Positions 37,495-47,623 of a stretch of 64,000 nt of DNA are shown one piece after another (the stretch's first letter is position 1; each line of letters opens with the position of its first letter). Position numbers and translations under genes: made by a program. The notes under the pieces were generated by a model. It did no database searches. It worked only from the letters and a program-made list of their open reading frames with translations, and had not been told where the DNA came from. The stretch spans positions 15,191 to 79,190 of the forward strand of contig JBAZUT010000003.1 of the NCBI GenBank assembly GCA_041661265.1, read 5' to 3'. The DNA is from Minisyncoccota bacterium (GTDB lineage: Bacteria; Patescibacteriota; Minisyncoccia; JAHIHE01; JAGLIN01).

Positions 37495-39780
37495 ATGTAT
37501 CTAAAAAGGATAGAAACATCCGGCTTCAAATCATTTGCAAACAAGACAGATCTTGATTTTCCGAAAGGAGTCACGGGGATCGTAGGCCCGAACGGATCCG
37601 GAAAATCCAATATTGCCGATGCGGTGAAGTGGGTGCTGGGAGAGCAGAGCATGAAAAGTCTCCGAAGCAAGAAAGGAGAAGATGTTATATTCACGGGAAG
37701 CAGTAAGAAGGCGAAAATGAGCGCTGCGTCAGTTTCGCTTTTTCTTGATAATAATGATAAAAAGATCCCTATAGATTATGATGAAGTTGTGCTGACGAGA
37801 AAATTATTCAGAAACGGAGACAGTGAATATCTGATAAACAAGAACAGGGTCAGGCTTTCGGACATTGTCGATCTTCTCGTGAAGTCCGGCGTAAGCCAGA
37901 GAGGTTATTGCGTAATAAATCAGGGTATGGCTGATTCCATTTTGGCGGCATCTCCGACCGAAAGGATGGTTATTTTCGAGGAAGCGACAGGGGTTCGGGC
38001 ATTCCAGATCAAGAAAAACCATACGATAAAGAAACTTGATGCAACGAAAAGAAACATGGTGAGGGTAACCGATCTTCTTGTTGAGATCGAGCCAAGGCTT
38101 GCTTTTCTGAAAAGACAGGCTTCAAGAGCGCTGAAGCGCGGAGAGGTTGAAAAGGAGTTGCGTGATGAACAGAATAGGCTTTATGGCGCTATATGGAAAA
38201 AATTGAACAAAGACAATGAGATATACAGGCAGCAGAAGGATGAAGTTGAGAAGGTGCTCGGTGGAAGCGAGAAAGAGATCGAGGAACTGAAAAAGCAATT
38301 GGAGGCATGTGATGGCAAGGATGTTGATTATAGCGGCGAATTCGAGAAGCTCAGGAATGAAATTGATTCGATACAAGTCACGATGAATGACCTGAGAAAG
38401 CACCTTTCGATGACTGAAGGCAGGATAGAGATCGAGAACGAAAGAAAGGTAAAAATAGAGAATCCCGACTTTCTGCCTATAAATCTGAAATACGTGAAAG
38501 AAAAGCTTACGAATATCATGGGTATTTTCAATAAATTGGCCTCAATTCTTGAGAATTTCGATAACCCCGAGAAGATCAATGAAGCGAGAAAAGAAGGCGC
38601 GGAAATAAAAGCCTTGATAATCGATCTATATGATGAAGTTCAGTCCGGAAAGATAAGCCAGAAGAAGCACGATATTCAATTTGACGACTCGAAGCTGAAG
38701 GAGCTGGAGAAAGAAAAGGGGCATATCGGCGGAAAAATCGAGGATCACCGGAAAAAATATGAAGAGGTCAGGAAGAAGATCGGCGAACTTAGCGACGAGG
38801 AAAAGGAAAAAAGAAAAGCGTTCTATGAATATGAAAGCAGGCTTCGCATCAGACAGGAAGAGATGAACAGATTGAAGGATAATATGAACCGGATAGGGAT
38901 CGAGCTGGCGAAATTCGAGGTCAGAAAAGAGGATCTTACGAATGAAGTGCGGGATGAGCTCGGGACCGCAAACCCTGTTTATGAGAGAATAGAAAAAAAC
39001 ATAATCAATGGAGGATCGGAGCTTGAAAATATAAATATCGATGAATCAAGGCAAAAGGTCAGAAGGTTAAAGGTCCAATTCGAGCAGATCGGAGGCATTG
39101 ATCCGCTTGTAGTGGAGGAATATGAGGAAACGGAAAAACGATTCGAATTTCTGACTGCGCAATCCAAAGATCTTGATCAGGCATCAGAGTCCATGAGGAG
39201 GATCATAGGGGAGCTGGATGAAAAAATAGAAAAACGTTTTAAGAGCTCGTTTAAGAATATCAGCGATGAATTTGACAGATATTTCAAGATAATCTTTTCC
39301 GGTGGAAAGGCGAATTTGTCGATAAGATATGAAGCTGAAAGCGAGGCCGCTGCCGGCGAAGAGGGTTCCGAGGAACAAGAATCAGGCGGTGAAGCTGATG
39401 AAATGGAAAGCGCGGAAAAAAAGCAAAGGATAGCGGGTATTGAAGTGAATGTTGCGCCTCCCGGAAAAAAGATCGCAAGTCTCGATATGCTTTCGGGCGG
39501 TGAAAGGGCGCTGACATCTATAGCTATACTGTTTGCTATCATTGCCAATAATCCGCCGCCATTTTCGGTTTTGGACGAGATAGATGCTGCATTGGATGAG
39601 GCAAATTCCGCGAAGCTATCTACAATAATAAAGGAAGTTTCAAAGAGTACGCAGTTTATTCTGATAACCCACAACCGAGAAATGATGAAGCAGGCCGATA
39701 TACTTTATGGAGTCACTATGCACGATGACGGCGTTTCGAAAATAATATCGATCAAACTCGAGGAAATAAAGGAAAAATAG
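37495..39780 (+). CDS. smc: SMC-family chromosome segregation ATPase (short, 761 aa)
   Basis: N-terminus 'IVGPNGSGKSNIADAVKWVLGEQS'. C-terminus 'LSGGERALTSIAILFAI...FSVLDEIDAALD'. Confidence 0.7.
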   Translation: MYLKRIETSGFKSFANKTDLDFPKGVTGIVGPNGSGKSNIADAVKWVLGEQSMKSLRSKKGEDVIFTGSSKKAKMSAASVSLFLDNNDKKIPIDYDEVVLTRKLFRNGDSEYLINKNRVRLSDIVDLLVKSGVSQRGYCVINQGMADSILAASPTERMVIFEEATGVRAFQIKKNHTIKKLDATKRNMVRVTDLLVEIEPRLAFLKRQASRALKRGEVEKELRDEQNRLYGAIWKKLNKDNEIYRQQKDEVEKVLGGSEKEIEELKKQLEACDGKDVDYSGEFEKLRNEIDSIQVTMNDLRKHLSMTEGRIEIENERKVKIENPDFLPINLKYVKEKLTNIMGIFNKLASILENFDNPEKINEARKEGAEIKALIIDLYDEVQSGKISQKKHDIQFDDSKLKELEKEKGHIGGKIEDHRKKYEEVRKKIGELSDEEKEKRKAFYEYESRLRIRQEEMNRLKDNMNRIGIELAKFEVRKEDLTNEVRDELGTANPVYERIEKNIINGGSELENINIDESRQKVRRLKVQFEQIGGIDPLVVEEYEETEKRFEFLTAQSKDLDQASESMRRIIGELDEKIEKRFKSSFKNISDEFDRYFKIIFSGGKANLSIRYEAESEAAAGEEGSEEQESGGEADEMESAEKKQRIAGIEVNVAPPGKKIASLDMLSGGERALTSIAILFAIIANNPPPFSVLDEIDAALDEANSAKLSTIIKEVSKSTQFILITHNREMMKQADILYGVTMHDDGVSKIISIKLEEIKEK

Positions 39781-40131
39781 ATAAGAAAATGATACATTCG
39801 AATATCTTATTATTTGGAGTGAAACGAAAATATATAAATACAAAGAACGGCAGCAACATTTGACAATATAACTATAATGCGTTATTGTGATGTGTTTTGC
39901 GGTGATGCGTTATATTTTATCAAATACGGCGCCTCGTCAGCAGAACGAGCAGTATAATATCAAGCGGTAATGTTTTTTAAGTCCGTAATATTTTCTCTAA
40001 TCCGATAAAATGTTATTGATTTTAAAAATTTCTGAATAAATCGATTCAGAAAGGATCCCGTTCTTTGATACAATACATCAGAAGAAAAACGATTCATGTT
40101 GACCGAAGTCGGTTTTGGGAGGTGAATTGGC

Positions 40132-40782
40132 ATGAAAATTATTCTCGATTTTGATGATGCGATATTTAATATGTATGCGATGATGGCTGAATTCAAAATG
40201 ATATTCCATAGATCAGGATTTACATGTGACGAGTTCGATAAACTCTATAAAATTTGCAAAGAGATGACCGGCGGAAGTTTTGATTCCGAATTGATGGTTG
40301 ATCTGTTTGAAAGAATCAGGCCGTACAACAAAAGATCAGCTCTGGATGAGATAAATTCGATCATACACAGATCAAGGGATTTCGTTTATGCGGATTTCTA
40401 TGAGTTTATTAATTATTTCAGGCAAAACGAACTTATTTTGCTTTCATTCGGCACTACCAGGTTTCAGTACGAAAAGATCAATAATTCCGGTATTGCTGAT
40501 AATTTCGGGAAAAGGATAATAACTGCAAAAGATAAATCCGAGGAAATTGAATTGCTGATGAGCGATCCGCGCGATGATATTGCGTTTTTCATAGACGATA
40601 AAGCGATCGTGATCGATAAGGTAAAAAGACGATTTCCCGAAATTATTGCTATGAAAATAGAGCGACCCCAGGGCGGTCATATCAGCAAAAAATCAATGTG
40701 CGCCGATTACAGGATCCGTGATCTGTATGAAGCGAGGCAAATAATAAATGCAACCATAAGAATAAGCGTTAGTGCAGGTTAA
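40132..40782 (+). CDS. HAD-superfamily hydrolase-like protein
   Basis: Motif I 'ILDFDDAIF', late 'FFIDDK'. RBS GGGAGGTG. Confidence 0.45.
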   Translation: MKIILDFDDAIFNMYAMMAEFKMIFHRSGFTCDEFDKLYKICKEMTGGSFDSELMVDLFERIRPYNKRSALDEINSIIHRSRDFVYADFYEFINYFRQNELILLSFGTTRFQYEKINNSGIADNFGKRIITAKDKSEEIELLMSDPRDDIAFFIDDKAIVIDKVKRRFPEIIAMKIERPQGGHISKKSMCADYRIRDLYEARQIINATIRISVSAG

Positions 40783-40962
40783 AGACCGATGCGGTCGGGG
40801 GAAACGGCCTTAACGGATTGTTTTTCTTCTTCTTTTTTAACAAGTATTATAGATTGATTTATATATCTGGAAAAATCGAATCAGATGTCGAAATGCTATG
40901 ATAGTTTGACATTATCGTAGAAATGAATTAGTATATAATATGTTAATAAATAACGGTATAAT

Positions 40963-41310
40963 ATGCTGAAAATAAGATTAAACAGGATAGGGAAAAAGAA
41001 CAGGGCTAGCTTCCGGGTTACAGTATCTGATTCGAGAAGGGCTCCGGGAGGAAAATTTATTGAAATTCTGGGTTATTACGATCCGCTCACAAAAGAAAAG
41101 TCATTTAATAAAGAGAGAATACTCTATTGGATGTCAAAAGGCGCTCAAACATCGGCAACCATGAATAATTTTTTTGTAGATGCGGGAATAATAAAAGGCG
41201 AAAAGGTTGTTGTATGGAGGCCAAAAAAGAAAGAGGAAGACAAGGGTAAGACATCGCCGGCGGCTACGGCAGCTCCTGCAGCAAAGCCGAAAGAAGAGGC
41301 CAAGAAATAA
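40963..41310 (+). CDS. rpsP: 30S ribosomal protein S16
   Basis: 'MLKIRLNRIGKKNRASFRVTVSDSRRAPGGKFIEILGYYDP'. Promoter TTGACA...TATATAAT upstream. Confidence 0.9.
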   Translation: MLKIRLNRIGKKNRASFRVTVSDSRRAPGGKFIEILGYYDPLTKEKSFNKERILYWMSKGAQTSATMNNFFVDAGIIKGEKVVVWRPKKKEEDKGKTSPAATAAPAAKPKEEAKK

Positions 41311-41535
41311 ACAAAAAAAGCAACAATAAAAGTGCAATATTGACAAAATCCCGAAATTTGATATAATTATATTACAAAATGTGCAGTTTAATTATAATAA
41401 GCACATATTTCGTCTTTACGAAGCGAATAAAAGGTCGTAAGTTATAAAAAAGCTGCTGTGATTTACAGAAAGAATAATCAGTTAAACAGTGATTCCAAGC
41501 AATTTTGGCTGGAAGCTAATGAAGGAAAAAACAGA

Positions 41536-41853
41536 ATGGAAAAAGATAAAGAGTTTGTTGAATTTGTAGTAAAATCAATCGTCGATCATCCGGAAGATGT
41601 TAGGATCGAAAGATCAGTCGATGAAATGGGAGTGCTGATCACTCTCAATATCAACCCTGAGGATATGGGCCAAGTCATTGGCAGGCAGGGTACTACCGCT
41701 AAGTCAATCAGGAACCTCTTGAGAGTTATCGGAGCAAAGAACAATGCCCGAGTAAATTTCAAGATCGTGGAACCGGAAGGTTCATTGAGATCAAGAGCTC
41801 CAAGAGAGAGAGAAACGAATGTTGACGACGTGGTAAACGATCTCAAATTGTAA
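41536..41853 (+). CDS. KH-domain RNA-binding protein (YlqC/UPF0109-like)
   Basis: 'GQVIGRQGTTAKSIRNLL' KH GxxG motif. The start was moved to the ATG with an AAGGA RBS. Confidence 0.7.
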   Translation: MEKDKEFVEFVVKSIVDHPEDVRIERSVDEMGVLITLNINPEDMGQVIGRQGTTAKSIRNLLRVIGAKNNARVNFKIVEPEGSLRSRAPRERETNVDDVVNDLKL

Positions 41854-41879
41854 TTTCTCTGGATTTACAATAAGGAAAA

Positions 41880-41916
41880 ACCGTGCTATTTTCTAAATAG
41901 ACGGTTTTTTGTGTGT
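41880..41916 (+). terminator. intrinsic terminator
   Basis: Stem aaaccgt..ctattt/aaatag..acggttt plus T6. The extended -10 promoter TGTGTGTATAAT follows. Confidence 0.55.
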
Positions 41917-41996
41917 ATAATGTTTGTAATGAAATATTACAAATCTATTATGAATTGATAATATGAGTATTTATAAGAGAAAAATTTGGAGAAAAT

Positions 41997-43025
41997 GTGA
42001 ATTATTCTGATAAAAAACCAGATATAGATCATGTGAATAATTTCCTGCACAATGATGATAAAAAAGAAAAGCCTGGATTCAGACGTGAAAAGTTTTATTT
42101 TGCAGAAAAATCAACAACAAAATTGCCATCATTGCTTTCTCGGGAAACCATCAAGGAGGAAGTTGATAAAATTGTTAATGAAAAAATAAAATTAACAAAA
42201 CAAGATCTTAAAGAAGAATTTGGAATGGAAGAAACACCAGAAATGATCGAGAACAGAAATAATCTGAAAGATAGGTTGAAGATCAGGCTGATTAAATTTG
42301 CGCAAGAAAGAGGTCTTAATGTAAAAGACCGCTTAGCTGAAAACGATGATATATATTTTCTCAATAAAAAAGGATATGAAGATATCGGCGGAGATATAAA
42401 TGAGCATGGCTGTAATATAGGCAATGATATTTTTGTTCGAGGTGAAAACAATGCAGATGAGAATACGATGCTACAGCACGAGTTAGTTCATTCTGCCTGT
42501 CTCCATAAGTTCTATATAAGCAATAATCCTGTGAAGGAAAATAATAAAACTCACGTAATAAGCTCGGGGTATGCCTCTTGTGTAGGAAATAAATATCTCA
42601 AGTATTTTAATGAAGGACTTACGGAGGTTACGGCGCTACAAATAAGTATGGAAAATAAGGATATATCTTATTCTAAGGGTGGGTATCGACCTCACGTAAT
42701 TCTTATAACGGAGTTAGTTAGGGATGTCGCTGAAAAGTTAAGCGAAAGAGAAAATATGAATATCACACAAAAGGATATTTTAACCCATTTACAAATTGGA
42801 ATGTTTCAAGCAAAAAGGGGTTATTTGGGCATAATTTCGGATATATATGGAAAAGGAGCACTTGAGTCGTTAATGAAAATGGGGATGGAAAAACAGGATG
42901 TGATTGAAGTTTCGAGAATTTTCAAATTATTATCGGCTGAAAAGAAAATTACTGATTATTATAATAACAAAGAAACAAGAATTCATATGGGAGATTCGGA
43001 CATCGTATTTAATTCTGAAGATTAA
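41997..43025 (+). CDS. hypothetical HExxH zinc-metallopeptidase-like protein (342 aa, GTG start), occupying the usual rimM position
   Basis: 'LQHELVHSACLH', then 'FNEGLTE' about 40 aa later (gluzincin-like). Strongly K/N-rich, which reflects AT-rich codons. Confidence 0.45.
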   Translation: MNYSDKKPDIDHVNNFLHNDDKKEKPGFRREKFYFAEKSTTKLPSLLSRETIKEEVDKIVNEKIKLTKQDLKEEFGMEETPEMIENRNNLKDRLKIRLIKFAQERGLNVKDRLAENDDIYFLNKKGYEDIGGDINEHGCNIGNDIFVRGENNADENTMLQHELVHSACLHKFYISNNPVKENNKTHVISSGYASCVGNKYLKYFNEGLTEVTALQISMENKDISYSKGGYRPHVILITELVRDVAEKLSERENMNITQKDILTHLQIGMFQAKRGYLGIISDIYGKGALESLMKMGMEKQDVIEVSRIFKLLSAEKKITDYYNNKETRIHMGDSDIVFNSED

Positions 43026-43038
43026 TTTATTTATATAT

Positions 43039-43743
43039 ATGCAATTCGACATTATAACAATTTTTCCGAAGATTTTTGAATCATACTTTAATGAAAGTAT
43101 TTTAGGTAGAGCGCAGAAGAATAAAATGGTAAGGATTGCAATTCATGATCTGAGAGATTTTGCTCACGATAAACACAAAACAGTTGATGATTCGACGTAT
43201 GGCGGGGGAGCCGGAATGGTTCTGAAGATTGAACCTATTTTTGAAATGCTTAAACACTTAAAGATAATAAAAAAAGACGGTACAAGGGTCAAGAGATCTT
43301 CGAATGATACTAAAGTTATCCTAATGTCCGCAAAAGGAGAAATATATAATCAGAAAATAGCCGTTGAAATGTCTAAGATAAAAAGAGTAGTAATTATTTG
43401 CGGAAGATACGAAGGAGTTGATGAAAGGGTGTCGAAATATTTGGTGGATGAAGATATCTCGATCGGAAAATATGTGTTAACGGGCGGCGAGATCCCTGCT
43501 ATGGCATTGGTTGATTCCATTTCTCGATTGATTCCGGGCGTTGTCGGGAATAAAGAATCAATAGAGGATGAATCTTTTTCAAAAGAAGGATATCTTGAAT
43601 ATCCGCAATACACAAGGCCGGAATTGTTCTCTCCGGTAAAGGGCGTGAATTGGAGAGTCCCCGGAGTCTTGCTGTCGGGGGATCATTCAAAGATCAAAGA
43701 GTGGAGAGAAAAAATGTCAGTGAACGGGAACAAAATAAATTAA
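43039..43743 (+). CDS. trmD: tRNA (guanine37-N1)-methyltransferase
   Basis: 'MQFDIITIFP', 'YGGGAGMVL', 'IICGRYEGVDERV'. The start was trimmed from the 42904 ORF. Confidence 0.9.
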   Translation: MQFDIITIFPKIFESYFNESILGRAQKNKMVRIAIHDLRDFAHDKHKTVDDSTYGGGAGMVLKIEPIFEMLKHLKIIKKDGTRVKRSSNDTKVILMSAKGEIYNQKIAVEMSKIKRVVIICGRYEGVDERVSKYLVDEDISIGKYVLTGGEIPAMALVDSISRLIPGVVGNKESIEDESFSKEGYLEYPQYTRPELFSPVKGVNWRVPGVLLSGDHSKIKEWREKMSVNGNKIN

Positions 43744-43747
43744 AAAA

Positions 43748-44512
43748 ATGGAGCGGAACAAGGCGGGCTGTCAAAAGCCGGCCGAGGGAAATATCTATGC
43801 AGGAATCGGGCATTTACTAATGGTTTTTTTGTGCGCATTGATATTGTTCAATCAGCTGCTTATCATAAACATAAAGACGAAGCTTGGGATAGACGGCTAT
43901 TTTTCAAAAATGGTTTATAATGTCATTTATACAAGGACAAATGAAACTCCTGCGGGCAGAGATCTGAAGCTGACGGGAAATATCCAAAAAGATGCGATTG
44001 AGATCGTTATGATTAAAGGACAGCCTGATCTGTATGGGAAAAAATTAAATGTATCTTTTGACAGGGTGCAGGAATCAATAGATATAATGAAAAAATACGA
44101 TCCGAATATTAATATTTTTACTGAGCTGGAATTTGAAAGATATGCCGAAATAACAGGAAAAATATCATGTGAATTTTGCTGTCCGGTAACAGCGTTAACT
44201 TATGCCGATGGAAAACCCACATGCAATTGCGATCATGCCAAGGCAATGAGAGGTCTTGCCGCGCATTTGATCAAGAATTACGGCAATAAATTCAGCGATG
44301 ATGAGATCTTGCGGGAACTTGCAAGATGGAAGGGATTATTCTTTCCGAAACAGATGATAAGTAAACTCATAGGCGAGATCAAAAGCGGAAAATTATCCCC
44401 GGATATCGCTGCGGTTTTAAACGGGATACAATTACCAAAATATGATCTTACCGATCAGAATATGAATAATGGCGAAATGGAAAATGTTCCCGACATGGTT
44501 GGAGGATGTTAA
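43748..44512 (+). CDS. hypothetical membrane-anchored Cys-rich protein
   Basis: 'CEFCCP...CNCDHAKAM...GGC'. Confidence 0.4.
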   Translation: MERNKAGCQKPAEGNIYAGIGHLLMVFLCALILFNQLLIINIKTKLGIDGYFSKMVYNVIYTRTNETPAGRDLKLTGNIQKDAIEIVMIKGQPDLYGKKLNVSFDRVQESIDIMKKYDPNINIFTELEFERYAEITGKISCEFCCPVTALTYADGKPTCNCDHAKAMRGLAAHLIKNYGNKFSDDEILRELARWKGLFFPKQMISKLIGEIKSGKLSPDIAAVLNGIQLPKYDLTDQNMNNGEMENVPDMVGGC

Positions 44513-44529
44513 ATTAATAATATATAAAA

Positions 44530-44742
44530 ATGAACAATATAAATGATAAAGACCGTGCGAGTGAAGAAAATAATACATCCGAGGTAGCAGCAGCCGAGAT
44601 GAATAGGGCAGTACCTTTGTGCGATCGGAGCAACAGATGGCTGATCATTGTTTTGATCATTATCCTGATCATTACGACGTTGCAAATGTCGGAATTATTG
44701 AAAATATTGGATGCTTTGAGAAAAATGAACGGAAATTTGTAA
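44530..44742 (+). CDS. small membrane protein (70 aa)
   Basis: One TM helix 'LIIVLIIILIITTL'. Confidence 0.35.
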   Translation: MNNINDKDRASEENNTSEVAAAEMNRAVPLCDRSNRWLIIVLIIILIITTLQMSELLKILDALRKMNGNL

Positions 44743-44788
44743 TAATTTCATATAGAGAGCCAATCGCTCAATTGATTAAGAAAATCGG

Positions 44789-45589
44789 ATGAATTGTATG
44801 ATAAAAAAATCTCTTAATGGGAATAGGTTCGAAGTCGCCTTGGCAGCAATCATTGCCATTGTTTCGATTTTCAGTTTATTGACTGTGTTTGAGTCCGACA
44901 AGGCGTTAAATGGCATGCTGACTAAATATCAGGAGAAAAACAGACCGGCAAATCTTGATATTGTTCTGATAAAGGACAATAATTGTCCATATTGTTATGA
45001 TGCAGCCGAACTGATAAGTGAAATAGAGACTGAGAATGTCAATATGGTATCAAGGCACGTTTTGGATTACCGGAGCAATGAAGCAAAGGAGATAATAATG
45101 AAATACCGAATTGAAAAAGTTCCGGCTGTTATAATCAAGGGCGAGATCGATAAGGTCGGTAATTTATACAATAAGTTCAAGGATATCGGCGAGATCATGG
45201 ATGACGTTTTCATCTTTCGAGATGCCATGATGCCTTACGTCGATATCAAGTCCGGAAAATCCGTCGGAAATGTAAAAGTTGTATTGATGACGGCTGATGG
45301 TTGTGCTGATTGCTATAATTACGATAAATATATAGCAGAACTGAAAATACTTGGAATACCGACGTCGAACAGAGAGATAATCGATTATAAGTCGAATTCG
45401 GGGCAGGTCATGGTGAAAGCCAATGCGATCGAAAATGTGCCGACATTCATACTTACAGGAGATCTTGGGCGGTATCCGGCGCTTAAAAAGATACAGGACT
45501 ATGACGATAATATATTCGTCTTAAGGAACGTGATCAAGCCGTATCTGAATATAGGCGACGGAAAGGTTTATACAAAAACGGATCAATAA
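44789..45589 (+). CDS. membrane-anchored tandem thioredoxin-fold protein with two CxxC motifs
   Basis: 'NCPYCYDA' and 'DGCADCYNYD', each followed by a thioredoxin-like segment. Confidence 0.5.
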   Translation: MNCMIKKSLNGNRFEVALAAIIAIVSIFSLLTVFESDKALNGMLTKYQEKNRPANLDIVLIKDNNCPYCYDAAELISEIETENVNMVSRHVLDYRSNEAKEIIMKYRIEKVPAVIIKGEIDKVGNLYNKFKDIGEIMDDVFIFRDAMMPYVDIKSGKSVGNVKVVLMTADGCADCYNYDKYIAELKILGIPTSNREIIDYKSNSGQVMVKANAIENVPTFILTGDLGRYPALKKIQDYDDNIFVLRNVIKPYLNIGDGKVYTKTDQ

Positions 45590-45629
45590 AAAAAACAGCC
45601 TCGGGCTGTTTTTCGCCGTATGAAATGAT

Positions 45630-47210
45630 TTATTCCGTGGGCAGATTATCCAGTATGCTTCGTCCGGTCATTTCATCCGGTTTTTGAAGTCCCAGAACGG
45701 CAAGAACTGTTGGTGCGACATCGCTAAGCATTCCGCCGACCCGCATATCTATATCATATTTCCGGGGCGTTGCAAATTTATTGTTTTTGCTTATAACAAT
45801 AAAAGGAACCGGATTCGTCGTGTGTTCAGTCATGATTTCGCCGGTTTTGGGATTGAACATTTCTTCAGCATTGCCATGATCCGCAGTGATCAGAAGCGTA
45901 ACATCGTTTCGCATGCAAGCCTCATAAATTCTGCCGAGGCAAATATCAATGATCTCTATGGCCTTTATTGTTTGTTTGAAATTTCCGGTATGACCCACCA
46001 TGTCAGCATTGGCATAATTAAGCAGAATAAAATCAAATCTTCCTGAGTCCATGTCTTTAACAACGGTTTCAGTCAGCGTATCAGCGCTCATTTCCGGCGT
46101 TTGGTCATATGTTGAAACAGAAGGCGATGGTACAAGCGTCCGGTATTCGTTTTCAAATGGCGATTCTTTTCCGCCATTGAAGAAATATGTCACGTGTGCG
46201 TATTTTTCTGTTTCCGCGATCCTTAATTGTCTTAATCCATTATCGCTTATGACCCTTCCAAGCGGGTTTTCTACGATTTCGGGCGGAAAAACGACATTTA
46301 CGGGAAGACCTTTCTCATATTCCATCATTGTGGCAATATATAGGTTTTCAATTTTTGCGCCCCTGTCGAAATTATCGAATTTATCGAGAGCGAATGCTTT
46401 TGTAAGCTGTCTCGCACGATCTTCTCTGATATTGTAATATATAATCGAATCATTTTCCTTTATTGGCGCGTAATTATTGAATTTGTCTGGAAAAATGGCC
46501 GGTTTAATGAATTCATCGGTCACATTCTGGGCATAGCTTTTTTCAAGTGCCAATTTCGGATCCAATTCCTTTATGCCGACCAGGTTTGCCAGGCAATAAT
46601 ATGCCATCTTCGTTCTGTCCCATGTCTGATTACGGTCCATTGCATAATATCTACCCATAATACTTGCAACATGGCCCGGCCAATTTTCTTCTTTAAGATT
46701 CCGCGTAAGTTCGGATAAATATTTCAGTCCTGCTGTTGTTTCAGTATCCCGGCCGTCAGTGAATATGTGTATAAATACTTTTTCGGTAGCAATATTGTGC
46801 ATTTTAAGCATTTCCAATATGGCATAAAGGTGGTCGATGTGGCTATGGACCCCGCCGTCACTAAGCAGTCCCATTACATGAATATTGGAATTATTGTCTA
46901 TTGAATGGGCTATGGCGTTAAGCAGCACGTCGTTGGAATAAAAAGTTTTGTCCTGGATAGACAGCGAGACGCGGGGCAAATTCTGATATAAGGTCTTTCC
47001 TGCGCCAAGTATAAGATGCCCTACTTCAGAATTTCCCATCTTTCCCCAAGGCAGTCCTGCTGCAATTCCAGATGCCTGAAGTATGGTATTGGGATAATAT
47101 TTTATGAATGCGTCCATATTGGGAGTGGATGCATTCAGAATAGCGTTACCGCTTTGTTCGGGGCTGATTCCCCATCCGTCCAATACTACCAACATTGCTT
47201 TCTTGTTCAT
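45630..47210 (-). CDS. gpmI: 2,3-bisphosphoglycerate-independent phosphoglycerate mutase
   Basis: 'VLDGWG...NAI', 'GNSEVGHL', 'TADHGN'. Confidence 0.9.
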   Translation of the reverse strand: MNKKAMLVVLDGWGISPEQSGNAILNASTPNMDAFIKYYPNTILQASGIAAGLPWGKMGNSEVGHLILGAGKTLYQNLPRVSLSIQDKTFYSNDVLLNAIAHSIDNNSNIHVMGLLSDGGVHSHIDHLYAILEMLKMHNIATEKVFIHIFTDGRDTETTAGLKYLSELTRNLKEENWPGHVASIMGRYYAMDRNQTWDRTKMAYYCLANLVGIKELDPKLALEKSYAQNVTDEFIKPAIFPDKFNNYAPIKENDSIIYYNIREDRARQLTKAFALDKFDNFDRGAKIENLYIATMMEYEKGLPVNVVFPPEIVENPLGRVISDNGLRQLRIAETEKYAHVTYFFNGGKESPFENEYRTLVPSPSVSTYDQTPEMSADTLTETVVKDMDSGRFDFILLNYANADMVGHTGNFKQTIKAIEIIDICLGRIYEACMRNDVTLLITADHGNAEEMFNPKTGEIMTEHTTNPVPFIVISKNNKFATPRKYDIDMRVGGMLSDVAPTVLAVLGLQKPDEMTGRSILDNLPTE

Positions 47211-47336
47211 TTTTGTTTTAAGCTAGATTTTTTATCATTTGACATTTCATATTATATCATTTATTCTATGTTTATACAAGAAAATTCAGCTTTATCAAGA
47301 ACATATATATTTAATTTATGTTATTGGTAATAAATT

Positions 47337-47537
47337 ATGAAAGAATGTCAAAATTGCGGCATGCCCATGGTGAAAAATGAGGATTTCGGGAATAGCGACC
47401 CGAAAAGTGTTTTGTGCAGACTGTGTTTTTCCGATAAAAGTGCGGACGAAGAGAAAAAGGCAAGAGTTCCTGAGAAGGAAATTAAAATAATTGAACTGGT
47501 GGATCTGGACAGGCTGGATAGCGGAGATCTATTTTAA
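47337..47537 (+). CDS. small zinc-ribbon protein (66 aa)
   Basis: 'CQNCGMP...CRLCF'. Own terminator agacc/ggtct plus T7 at 47556-47578. Confidence 0.4.
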   Translation: MKECQNCGMPMVKNEDFGNSDPKSVLCRLCFSDKSADEEKKARVPEKEIKIIELVDLDRLDSGDLF

Positions 47538-47623
47538 GCTTTCGATAGGCGATAGACCTTATGCAGGTCTTTTTTTGTTGCAAATAATGACGAAAATCGT
47601 TATAATTATAACAATAGAAATAA

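Noticed and set aside
41458-41535. Longer start (41458) for the KH-domain gene and longer starts for trmD (42904), U32 (55928) and nusA (57620)
   Set aside because: The upstream extensions overlap preceding genes or terminators and lack an RBS. Downstream ATGs with SD-like sequences give proteins of the expected family length.
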